From positions 225,370,001 to 225,434,000 of the forward strand of contig OZ024742.1 of NCBI GenBank assembly GCA_964016885.1: a DNA stretch of 64,000 nucleotides. Reading direction: 5' to 3'. The stretch is from Eledone cirrhosa (lineage: Eukaryota). Under the pieces are notes generated by a model. That model did not search any database. It was not told where the DNA came from and was given only the letters and a program-made list of their open reading frames with translations. Numbering within the stretch: the stretch's first letter is position 1; every line of letters begins with the position of its first letter. Both the position numbers and the translations under genes were made by a program. Positions 1 to 14,612 of the stretch are shown piece by piece.

Positions 1-2615
1 TACACTGGGGTACATGGTGGGCACGGTTACGGTTCAAGAAATGAAGAAGGAGTGAGACTTCTTGAATTTTGTGATGCGGGTACATTGACTATTTGCAACA
101 CAAACTTCCAGAAACCTGCCAATCACTTAATAACCTACAAATCTGGTGAGCACATAAGCCAGATTGACTTCCTGCTAGTTAGGCAGCGGGACAGGCAGAT
201 AGTGTCTAATACCAAGGCATACTCTGGGGAAGAATGTACCCCACAGCATAGGTTAGTTGTTAGTGATATCTCAGTAAGCAAGAGATGGAATGAGACATAT
301 AGGAAGGTGTGGAGAAGAAAGGTCTGGAAGATAAAAGACCTTTCATTAAAATACAAATTTAGGAAAGCCCTTCAAGATGTATATGACGAAAAAGAAGACG
401 ATTTAGAGACGGATGACATAGATAATAACTGGAATTTCTTACGTGACAACTTGCTGCAGGCTACTGATGAAACCTGTGGCTGGAGCAGAGATCCAACCAG
501 ACAGAGAGTGACCTGGTGGTGGAACAGCACAGTAGATAATGCTATTAGAGACAAAAGACTAGCATGGAAGGCTTGGAAAAAGGGTGGGAGTAGGGAAGAA
601 TATACAGCCACTAAGAGAGAAGCTAGACGTCAGGTGTACTTAGCACGCAGGGAGGCAGAGAGTAGGAGGTTTGCCAATGTTCTGCGACGGGAAGATCAGA
701 GGCGTGCGGTGTTCAACATTGCAAGGCAGTGTGTCAATGCAAATCAGGATGTTGTTGGAGATAAATGTGTCCGGGATGATGCCGGTGTACTTAGTGTCAC
801 GAATGATCAGAAAAAGGAGGCCTGGAAATGTCATTATGAGAGACTGATGAATGTGGAGAACGAATGGGAGAGAGAGAAATTACCCTTGGTAGATCCGACA
901 GAGGGACCAGCTATTGAGATTGACGAATATAGGGTCCAAGAGGCGATTAAGGAAATGAAAAATGGTAAGGCTGCCGGACCATCGAGAATAGTTGCTGAGA
1001 TGCTGAAGGCATCAGGGGACGTAGGCACTAAACTGGTTGCACGCATCATCAATCAGGCTATATATGGTGGTGTCATACCCAAAGACTGGTGCCGCAGTAT
1101 TCTCATAAATTGCTACAAAGGTAAAGGGGATGCTTTGGAGAGGAGCAATTATAGGGGTATAAAACTGATAGATCAGGTTATGAAAGTGGCAGAAAGGATT
1201 TTAGCACAACTAATTAGAGAAAGGGTCAAACTAGATGAGATGCAGTTTGGTTTTGTGCCTGGGAAGAGTACAACAGATGCCCTCTTCTTGGTGAGACAAT
1301 TGCAAGAGAGGTTCTTAGAGAAGAATAAGCCACTATACTTAGCCTTTGTTGACCTAGAGAAGGCCTTTGATAGGGTACCCCGATCTGTCATCTGGTGGTC
1401 CCTAAGGAAGCTAGGTGTTGAGGAATGGCTTGTGAGGACAGTGCAAACTTTGTACAGAGGTACTCTCAGTAAAGTCAGGGTAGGAATGGAGTTTAGTGAG
1501 GAATTCCAGATACAAGTATGAGTACATCAAGGTTCGGTCCTCAGCCCACTCTTGTTTATTATAGTCCTCCAAGCCATAACAGAGGAGTTTAAGACTGGCT
1601 GTCCATGGGAACTTCTCTATGCTGACGATCTGGTTCTTATAGCAGAATCAGTAGAGGAGCTAGAGAATAAATTCTGGCTATGGAAACAGCAGTTGGAAGC
1701 AAGAGGACTGAGAGTGAATCTAGCTAAGACAAAAGTGTTGATGAGTAGAAAAGAGGACAAAACCCTGATTCCATCAGGGAAATGGCCATATTCGATATGC
1801 AGAAAAGGAACTGGCATAAATTCTATAAAATGCACACAATGCACATCCTGGGTACACAAGAGATGTAGCAGGATAGCAGGCAAACTAACAGGTAGGGAGA
1901 AATATGTATGCAGTAGATGTACAGGGAAATTAGACAGTAGAAGTCGCACTGATAGACACATTTTTCAAATGCAAGAGGGCGCTATAGAAGTGGTGGATAG
2001 CTTCTGGTACCTAGGAGATCAGATTAGCATGGGAGGAGGGTGTTCCGAGGCCATAGTATCTAGAATAAGGACGGGTTGGAAGAAGTTTAGGGAGCTGCTT
2101 CCTCTGTTGACGAAAAAGGGCTTCTCCCTGCGTACGAAAGGCCGGTTGTATGATGCCTGTGTGAGGAGCGCGATGCTGCATGGTAGTGAGACATGGGCAG
2201 CAACTGCAGAGGATATGCGACGGCTGGAGAGAAATGAGGCAAGCATGCTCCGTTGGATGTGCAGTGTAAATGTGCGTGAACGACCCAGCATAAATGTGTT
2301 GAGAGAGAAACTGTGTCTGAGAGGGATAGAATGTAGTGTACGGGAGAGGAGACTGAGGTGGTATGGACATGTGATGCGCATGGTGGATGACCGATGGGTG
2401 AAGAAGTGCCAGGAATTGCCAGTTGAAGGAAGACGTGGTAGAGGTAGACCACGAAAAACATGGGCGGAGGTGGTGAGAACAGACCTCAGATCATTGAAGC
2501 TCACGGTGGAGATGACGAGGGACCGTGACGAGTGGAGAGATGCTGTGCTGAATAAGACCCGTCCCACCCTTGCAAGCAGGGAAAAGCGGACGTAAAATGA
2601 TGATGATGATGATGA
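1..2615 (+). mobile_element. RTE-clade LINE, subfamily A: APE C-terminal part, RT, PHD-like finger and C-terminal domain; 5' end outside window; one premature stop at 1519-1521
   Basis: ORFs 52..1521 and 1552..2595 contain SQIDFLL/QHRLVV (APE end), QFGFVPGKSTTDA, FVDLEKAFD, LLYADDL and [14 protein letters not shown] at 1519 corresponds to GGA in the copy at 61402-62626. Ends ACGTAAAA(TGA)n. Confidence 0.95.
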
Positions 2616-3298
<683 letters not shown>

Positions 3299-3698
3299 AA
3301 ATGAAAGGTATAGAAATTGTATAGAAATTATAATAGACTTTAAGACTATACAGAGCATTTGATGTTTTTCCAAATTGAAGGATAAGTATTTTGAACTTTA
3401 TTTTATCATGAGTTAAGGGTCTATTGATTTTTCCCTGGATTTCACTAAATTCTGTGGATGAATTTGTATCCTGATTCTCTTTTGAGATGAGTTTGAATTA
3501 TTTTTCCTAAATCTTACGTTAACTACTTTTCCCATCTTGACGACATAGTTGCATATATGTTATAGAATACTATTAGCTTCTCGCTAAAACAATTTCTATA
3601 CCTTTCATTTATACTTATACTCGGATTCTTTTCCTAGAGTGCTTAAATTATCTGTGACTAATCCCGGTTTTTTTTATAAAAACTGTGATAATATTGCT

Positions 3699-3763
3699 AT
3701 ATACATATATGTATATATACGTATATATATATATATATATGTGTGTGTATATATGTGTGTATG

Positions 3764-3798
<35 letters not shown>

Positions 3799-3939
3799 GT
3801 GTGTATGTATATATATATATGTGTGTATGTATATATATATATATGTGTGTATGTATATATATATATGTGTGTATGTATATATATGTGTGTATATATATAT
3901 ATATATATGTATGTGTATATATATATGTGTGTATATATG

Positions 3940-3970
<31 letters not shown>

Positions 3971-3991
3971 GTGTGTATATATATATATATA
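3699..3991. repeat. Degenerate (TA)n/(TG) microsatellite
   Basis: Direct inspection. Confidence 0.95.
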
Positions 3992-4326
3992 TCATCATTT
4001 CATTTTACGTCCGCTTTTTCCCTGCTTGCAAGGGTGGGACGGGAACTGATTCTGGCTTGATTTCTACAGCTGGATGCCCTTCCTAACACCAACCTCATTT
4101 ACAGTGAGTGCTGGGTGCTTTTTTACCGTGGGACCTCCACGACCACTTTGCAGTGGAATGATATGGACCCCAGTCCCTATCATCTCATTTCTACAGCTGA
4201 GTAAACTGGAGCAATGTGAAATAAAGTGTCTTGCTCAAGGAAACAACACATCACCCGGTCTGAGAATTGAACTCGCAACCTTTCGATTGCAAGGCCAATG
4301 CTCTAACCACTAAGCCATGTGCCTCC
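3992..4326 (-). mobile_element. tRNA-derived SINE with CORE-like domain and RTE-derived body and tail
   Basis: Minus strand starts GGAGGCACATGGCTTAGTGG (A box) and has GAGTTCAATTC (B box). CORE-like TCCTTGAGCAAGACACTT...CAGTTTACTCAGCTGT follows. Tail CCCGTCCCACCCTTGCAAGCAGGGAAAA is shared with RTE subfamily A. Confidence 0.9.
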
Positions 4327-4424
4327 ATATATATATGTATATATATATATGTATATATATATATATGTATATATGTATATGTATATATATAAATGTATAT
4401 ATATATATATATGTATATATATGT

Positions 4425-4552
4425 AGCCTTTCGTAGTGACACTTCCAAGCTACCTTCGTATCAGCGTCAGTGATGGCAAGTACGCCATCATCATTTAGTA
4501 CACACTTCTCCCCGACAATATCACGGTTTTCCTTGACACATTTCCTTGACAC
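4425..4552 (-). mobile_element. Internal RTE fragment embedded in (TA)n
   Basis: Translates [40 protein letters not shown], matching the RTE at about 59540-59670. Confidence 0.9.
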
Positions 4553-5010
4553 ATATGTATATATATATATATATATATACATATATGTATATATATATGT
4601 GTATATATATATATGTGTATATATATATATACATATATGTATATATATATGTGTTTGTACCAGAGTTTTCAAGTCGCTGGCTGGACTAAAAAGTGACACT
4701 CGTTCAGCGCATCGGTAGGGGTTCGCCTACATGGATATAAAGTAGTGGCTGTACTCGAAAACGAGTTGGCAGCCACCATATATATATATATGTATATATA
4801 TATATTTCGTTTCTGAATTTGTTTAGCAAGATTCTTTATGTGAAATCGTGTGTTGAAACCGATATTGTTATACTTTGGGAGGGTCATGTTGCCAATAAGA
4901 AACACACGCACCAGTTGCTTTCACTTCAATTTATTATAATAAATTTACAATAAATTTATAAATTTCTGGTTGGTTGGTTGGTTCCACAACCAGATAGTTG
5001 TTTATATATT

Positions 5011-5053
5011 GTCATAGTTCTTTTGTCACACACTCTGTGACCTCTTCAGTGAC
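5011..5053 (-). ncRNA. Degenerate type I hammerhead ribozyme motif in PLE 3' UTR
   Basis: Minus strand: GTCA-CTGAAGA-G-GTCAC(agagtgt)GTGAC-AAAA-GAAC-TA-TGAC. Helices I and II are intact but the GAAA core is mutated. Confidence 0.55.
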
Positions 5054-6018
5054 TGGGGGATTCCTTTCTTTGTTTCTGTGCCTTTCCTTTCTTCTGTCCT
5101 ACGCCATTTTGTTTCTGTGTGTGTGTGTTGTGTGCTCAGTCTGAGCATGCGCCACATCCGGGTGTCTGTGTGTGTTTATGTTCATTTATTTATTTGTTTA
5201 TTTACATGTTACTGGTTGGTTGTTTGTTCTATGTGTGTGTGTGTTTTCATTTTGTCCTTAATTGTAAGTTGTGATGTTGCTGTTCCACTCATATTTTCTA
5301 TTTAATTTTGGTGGTAATTCTTTTATGTTTATTGCCTCTGTAATTTGTCTAAACATTGCGTCTTTTCTGTGTGTAGATTCTATTTTTATTTCTATGTTCT
5401 CTAATTTACCCTTGTGTTCTATTTTAGCATGTTGGTAGAGTACAGATGATTCTTTACTATCTTGAAGGTCTCGCCAGTGTTCATTTATCCGTTCCCCTAC
5501 ACTACGAGCTGTCTCACCTATGTACACTATATTTTTTTTGTCTCTACATTGTCCTTCAGTACATCTTATGCAATACACTACATTTCTAGTTTTACAGTTA
5601 ATATGGGGCTTATTTTACAGGTTATACATTTCTTATCTATACATGAGGGTCTTTGAAAAGGGTATGTCTTGCTAATAAGTATTTTTACGGAGGTACCTGG
5701 TCTTTCTACTATCTTAATATTGAGTTTATGTTTATTTAGGGCCCTTCTAAATTTGTAAGCTAATTCACCTCTAGGGGTTGAATCGATGAACATTACACTC
5801 TGGTATTTATTGCTATCATACCATGAGTTTATTCTATCATCCACCGTATGCAGTTCTCTGGCTACAATCAGAGAGATAAAATCAGAGTGTATAGAGGAGC
5901 CAGAACCAAATGGGAAAAAATGGTAAATAATGACATAAATGGGACCTGCCCCTTGTATAGGAGCAAATTTTGGAATAGAATAGAAAGAACTAGGAACAAG
6001 GCTAATAGAATAAACTCA
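5011..6018 (-). mobile_element. Penelope-like element 3' part: linker, Cys-knuckle, GIY-YIG endonuclease and 3' UTR; frameshift near 5600; 5' segment 5846-6018 inverted
   Basis: CIDKKCITC, VYCIRC..., YIGETARSVGERINEH, LN.K.EW. Upstream motif SGY...PLYRS..W lies on the + strand at 5848-6018. Confidence 0.88.
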
Positions 6019-6608
6019 AAGCATAAATGAATTTAGAGAGAGACTGAGAATAAAAGGAATCAAATGCTGTGTGCAGGAGAGGCGGTTGCGCTGGTATGGA
6101 CATCTGATGCGTATGAAGGATGACAGCTTCATAAAAAGGTGCAGAGCACTAGAAGTCGATGGAAACCGCGGAGTGGGGAGACCCAATATGACCTGGGATG
6201 AGGTGATAAAAGCCGACCTTACCCAATTACACCTCTCAAGGCAATGACACACGACCGTGACCTCTGGCATCACACAGTAATACAGAGTACCTGACCTCCC
6301 ATGGGTACAAGCTGAAGCATATAGACAATATGCCCCCACACACCCCACCGCAAGGTGGTCGTGGAGGTGCCACGGCAAAAAAGCACCCAGCCAACACTGT
6401 AAAGTGGACGTGTACGCACCACGAAAAAGCACCCAGCACTCACTGTAAATGAGGTTGGTGTTAGGAAGGGCATCCAGCTGTAGAAATCAAGCCAAATCAG
6501 TTCCTGAATGAGCAAGGCATGGTCAGCCGACCAGACACTGCCCACAACAGGACAACCCGTTTAACCCATGCTAGTGTGGAAGAACGAACATAAAACGGTG
6601 ATGATGAT
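6017..6608 (+). mobile_element. RTE subfamily B, 5'-truncated 3' end with long 3' UTR and (GAT)n tail
   Basis: Near-identical to about 47895-48498; [11 protein letters not shown]. Confidence 0.9.
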
Positions 6609-6758
6609 ATATATGTATATATTTATATATATATATATATATGTATATCTATATATATATGTATATCTATATATATGTATATGTATATATTTATATATGT
6701 ATATGTATATATTTATATATATATATGTATATATTTATATGTATATGTATATATTTAT

Positions 6759-6789
<31 letters not shown>

Positions 6790-7151
6790 TGTATATATTT
6801 ATATGTATATATTTATATATATATATATGTATATATTTATATGTATATGTATATATTTATATATATATATGTATATATTTATATATATATGTATATATTT
6901 ATATGTATATGTATATATTTAAATATATATGTATATGTATATATTTATATGTATATGTATATATTTATATGTATATATTTATATGTATATGTATATATTT
7001 ATATATATATGTATATGTATATATTTATATATATATGTATATGTATATATTTATATATATATATGTATATGTATATATTTATATATATTTATATATGTAT
7101 ATATATATATGTATATATATTTATATATATTTATATATATATATGTATATG

Positions 7152-7222
<71 letters not shown>

Positions 7223-7233
7223 GTATATATATG

Positions 7234-7280
<47 letters not shown>

Positions 7281-7686
7281 GTATATGTATATATGTATAT
7301 GTATATGTATATATGTATATGTATATATGTATATATATATATGTATATGTATATATATATATGTATATGTATATATGTATATGTATATATATATATGTAT
7401 ATATGTATATGTATATATGTATATATATATATGTATATGTATATATATATATGTATATGTATATATATATGTATATGTATATATATATATGTATATGTAT
7501 ATATATATGTATATGTATATATATATGTATATATATATATGTATATATATATATGTATATATATATATGTATATATGTATATGTATATATATATATGTAT
7601 ATATATATATGTATATATATATATGTATATATATGTATATATATATGTATATATATGTATATGTATATGTATATATATGTATATGT

Positions 7687-7760
<74 letters not shown>

Positions 7761-7885
7761 GTATATATATATATATATGCATATACATATATGTATATAT
7801 ATATATATATGTATATATATATGTATATATATATATATATATGCATATACATATATGTATATATATATATATATATATATGCATG

Positions 7886-7936
<51 letters not shown>

Positions 7937-8246
7937 GCATGTATATATATATATATATATATATATACATGCATATATATATATATATATATATATACAT
8001 GCATATATATATATATATATATATATATACATGCATATATATATATATATACATATATGTATATGCATATATATATATATATATATATACATGCATATAT
8101 ATATATATATATATATATGCATGTATATATATATATATATATATATGCATGTATATATATATATATATATATATATGCATGTATATGCATGTATATATAT
8201 ATATTTATATATATATATGCATGTATATATATATATTTATATATAT
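6609..8246. repeat. Degenerate (TA)n array with TATG/TTTA/TGCA variant blocks
   Basis: Direct inspection. Confidence 0.95.
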
Positions 8247-8885
8247 CGCCCGCCACTTTGGTGGCCCTGGACACTCCGCACACCATCTCACAGTCTGTGG
8301 CCTACTCCAGTGCCACGGAACACCCGCCCATCGCCTCACGGTCGAACAACGTACTATCTTCATCTTACAGACCCCCCCCCCCGGCCTGAACTCCCCACCC
8401 TTATTCCTTTAGCGTTCGACCGCCCCCCTCCCCCACTTATCCCCCACTAACACCACTAACACACCCCTCCTTTTCACCGCCCACCCCACACTAACAATAC
8501 TAAGACCTCCACTCCACCCCTCATCTGACCACCCTTCCCCAACTAACATACTAACATCCCTTCCCTCCCCTCTTCTCCTCCTCCCCCCTCCTTATCACAT
8601 GCACACACTTACACCACCCACCCCACACGCAACTAACATCACTAACACCCTCCAACCCCACGCACACGTCCCACACACCCTCGTACACCACCAACTCTAC
8701 ACACCCTACCCCCACTAACCCCCACTCACCTGCATTCCACCCCTCCCCACCTCCCGTCTACTAACACCCACTAACACCTCCTCACCAAACTACACACACA
8801 CCAGTACACCACACTCCCTCCATAGAACCACACACACCCTTCTCTCCCCACTCCACACTCACTCATCCCACTAACACCCCTACTA

Positions 8886-8924
<39 letters not shown>

Positions 8925-9875
8925 CCTCACTCCAACTCTCACACCTACCCATCCTCGCCTCCCTACCATTCCGCTGACTGCTGCTATGCCCTTCCGACCA
9001 CTGTCGCAACACCAACTGACCACAGCACTTCCACTGCTGACCACTTCCTGTTGCGCGCGCACCCCACATCTCTCCTCTTCCGACCACCGCTTCTTGGATT
9101 ACCTACACGCGTTTTGAATTCCAACCAAAATCTCCATACATCCGTGTAACTTACCACTTTTCAACCATCCTCTAACACCATCACCTATATAACTCACCCA
9201 CACACACATCCCAAAACAAATTTTTTTATCCACACGCCACCCACACCCACAACACGCTTAAACCACACACACGTGCTTCCCACCACATATTTACACCCTC
9301 AGCCCCCTGATTCCTCTCCCCCCACCCCCTATCCACACACGCACAGACCCTCCGACACACAAAAACACCCCCCACACACACCTTCCTGAACATGCAACCC
9401 CGTTCTTCCCCCAACCCTCACTTTCACATACACACACACACACACACACGCACACCTAGCCACACACACCACCTTCAGCCCTCCTCGCTCGGACACCCCG
9501 TCTCCCTCTCCTCACTCCACCCGCCTCCACCTCTACTCACCCCACACCCTTCCACCACCTGTTTACCCCCCTTTTAATTTCAGTTTATTTTGATCATGCC
9601 TTTATTTTTAAATGTTCTCATTCCTTGTATTTTGATCATGCTTTATTTTTATTTATTATTTATTATATTTTTGTCTTTATTTGTTAATTTTTCATTCGCA
9701 CCGTTTCCTTTCGCTATATGTCTCTCCACCACTCCCCTACACACCTTTTGAACTCTTACCTGAAGAAGGGCTTATGCCCGAAACGTCGTCTTCCACCTAC
9801 CCCCCACTCTCCTGAGTGTGAATCTAATAAACATTTGTCGTACTGCCTCTCTGTTCTGTCCCTGTTCAATTTTTT
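8246..9875 (+). mobile_element. Penelope-like element (second lineage): GIY-YIG C-terminus, ~1.3 kb C/A-rich 3' UTR and pLTR with hammerhead motif
   Basis: [25 protein letters not shown]...[14 protein letters not shown]; homologous to the minus-strand copy at 33114-34762; AATAAA at about 9826. Confidence 0.85.
9757..9790 (+). ncRNA. Minimal hammerhead ribozyme motif (PLE-type)
   Basis: CTGAAGA-A-GGGC(ttat)GCCC-GAAA-CG-TC; helix I only about 2 bp. Confidence 0.65.
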
Positions 9876-12278
<2,403 letters not shown>

Positions 12279-12279
12279 A

Positions 12280-12680
12280 CATAGAAAAAGCATATAACGA
12301 TATGTGCTTTTACGATTCTCTAGAGAAGCCGGAAGATAGGTATATATTGCTGATGAGATGTAATAACATCGAAACTAGTCCAATATTCCTGTCTGGCTCT
12401 CTGGAGAATAGAGGAAATGTGTTTCCTTGAAAACCCGTATGACTCTAAAACCCGGTTTGTCTGTTTGGTTACATACAGACTAGCTGGACACTCACAGTAA
12501 AGTGTCCAGTGAAAAACTCAGTACATGTACATATGTATACATGTGTGTATTTATATGCATACTAATATTTCCGTATACATATGTAGATGTACACTTTTAA
12601 CTTAATTGTTTAAGCGTCAGTCATACAAAAGTGAGTTAGAAGCGAAACGAAATTTAATTTCGTTTCGTTATTTGTTTTTA
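12280..12680 (+). mobile_element. Non-coding hammerhead-bearing element (solo pLTR-like), copy 1
   Basis: Colinear with about 25337-25728; ends in the self-complementary AAACGAAATTTAATTTCGTTT. Confidence 0.8.
12344..12386 (+). ncRNA. Minimal type I hammerhead ribozyme, intact core, GUC cleavage triplet
   Basis: ATATTG-CTGATGA-GATGT(aata)ACATC-GAAA-CTAG-TC-CAATAT. Confidence 0.88.
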
Positions 12681-12774
12681 TATTTATATATATATATATA
12701 TATTTATATATATTTATATATATTTATATATATATGTATATATATTTATATATATATGTATATATATTTATATA

Positions 12775-12805
<31 letters not shown>

Positions 12806-13407
12806 ATACATATATGTATATATATATGTGTGTGTATATGTATATACACACACACACATATACCCGGTACACCCTGTAAGCTGGTTGGTGATAGGAAGGG
12901 TATCCAGCCATAGAAAGCTTGCCAAACAAATGTTTGGAAGCACCCTTCACTTGGGCCAAGGACATAATTTCCCTAGTGCTTGTGACACGATAAAATGCAC
13001 TTGGTAGAAGATGGAACCATATGTAAGTGAGATGCAGGGACCCAGCCTGTCTTGGAGGTCAGTATCTCCGCCTCTGTACTGGCTCAGTCTGTGAAGACTT
13101 ATCCAACTCTTGCTAGCAGGGAAAGTGGACATTAAATGATGATGATGATGATGATATATAAATGGGAAAATTAAACTACATGACAGATGTTACACCTAAT
13201 CAAGTACCCACTTCATGTCACAATGTTTATAAAATAAACCAATAAAATAGCACTTGATTATAAACGTGAGTCAACCAAGAGGTGAGAAATATATAACATA
13301 GGTAGTGACATCTAGCATGAAAGCAGTCATAAAATTATGATAAGTGATGAGAGGATTCTTCAATGTCATGACAACCTCTCTAGTGTTGCTAACATATTAA
13401 AACACAC

Positions 13408-13916
13408 ACGACGATTTGATAAATTCCGACCTTGCACACTTACACCTCTCTAAGACAATGTCACTGGACCGAGATCTTTGGCGCTACACAGTAATACAGA
13501 AAACCCGCCTTGCCTAAGTACAAAGCGAAACCTAGAGTCAGTATGCACTTCTTAATCAAATATACACCCACACCCACACCCCACCACACCACACCCCTCC
13601 CACTACCCCCAACTCCCCCGCCCCCATCAACACCACCCTTTCTCTGTAAAGTTATGTTGGCACCACAATATCCAGTCCTAAATAAATGAGGTCGTGTAGG
13701 TGTCACGACAAAAAAAAAAACACAGTCTACGCTGTAATGTGGCCGTGTAGGTAACACGGTAAAAACCTCCCAGTCCACACTGAAGGGCATCCAGCCGTAG
13801 AAAACCTGCCAGACAGTCCCATACGTGCGAGACGACCAATATTGCCTTAAGTGGGACAATTCCCGTCTAAACCCATGCTAGTGTGGAAGGTAGAGGTTAA
13901 ACAATGATGATGATGA
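13408..13916 (+). mobile_element. RTE subfamily C, 3' end and UTR
   Basis: DDLINSDLAHLHLSKTMSLDRDLWRY; UTR homologous to about 41560-41944; (GAT)n tail. Confidence 0.85.
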
Positions 13917-14241
13917 CAGTACACTTTGTAAAGTGGTGGATCATAGGATGAGCATCCAGTTGTAGAAAACTTGCCAGACAAAGGATAAAGAGGGCTCTTC
14001 TGTGTTAAATATGTAACAACCTCCCTAATGGCGGTGTTGATGCCATGATAAAATTCACATGATGCACTCTATAGAATGTGAGATCACTGGCTCCTCCAAT
14101 TAAGCACTGACTTGGTCTGTGACAACACATCCAATCCATGGTAGCAGGGAAGACTGACATTAAATGATGATGATGATTATGATGATTAACATCAAACCCA
14201 TAACAAAATAGATGATAGACCTGAGAAGTATACAGTACATA

Positions 14242-14612
14242 GTAAAATGGTAGTGCTCGTGCTGTGATAAAATGCACCCAGTACACTCTGTAAAGTTGGG
14301 GTGCTGGTGCCATGATAAAATACACCCAGTATTTTCTCAAAGTAATCGGGTTAGTTTCATTATAATATGCACCTAGAACACTTTGTAAAGTGATAGTGCA
14401 GGTACCACAATAAAATATATCCAGTAAATTCTGTTAAGTGGTAGTGCTGGTGCCACAATAAAATACATCCAGTACACTCTGTAAGGTTGTAGTGTTGCTG
14501 CTACCTTAAAATGCATCCAGGACACTCTGTAAGGTGGTAGTGTTGGCGCCACCTTAAAATGCATCCAGGACATTTTGTAAACTGGTTGTCATTAGGGAGA
14601 ACATCCATAGAA
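14242..14612 (+). repeat. About 7 tandem diverged 48-bp units derived from the SINE/RTE-UTR module
   Basis: Unit approximately GTAAAGTGGTAGTGCTGGTGCCACAATAAAATACATCCAGTACACTCT, followed by a GGTTGTCATTAGGGAGAACATCCA motif. Confidence 0.8.

Noticed and set aside
1519-1521. Programmed readthrough or selenocysteine UGA in the RTE ORF
   Set aside because: The sister copy has GGA (Gly) here, so it is a simple nonsense mutation
3530-3590. Possible hammerhead (TTGACGA...GAAT)
   Set aside because: Core and helices too degenerate to support
4255-4326. tRNA gene
   Set aside because: It is a SINE head continuing into CORE and RTE modules, and no proper acceptor stem is evident
5258-5844. Selenoprotein-type PLE
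   Set aside because: No in-frame TGA at the conserved Cys positions in the visible fragment
14242-14612. CRISPR-like regular repeats
   Set aside because: Whole 48-bp units are homologous with no unique spacers, there are no cas genes, and the sequence derives from a eukaryotic TE
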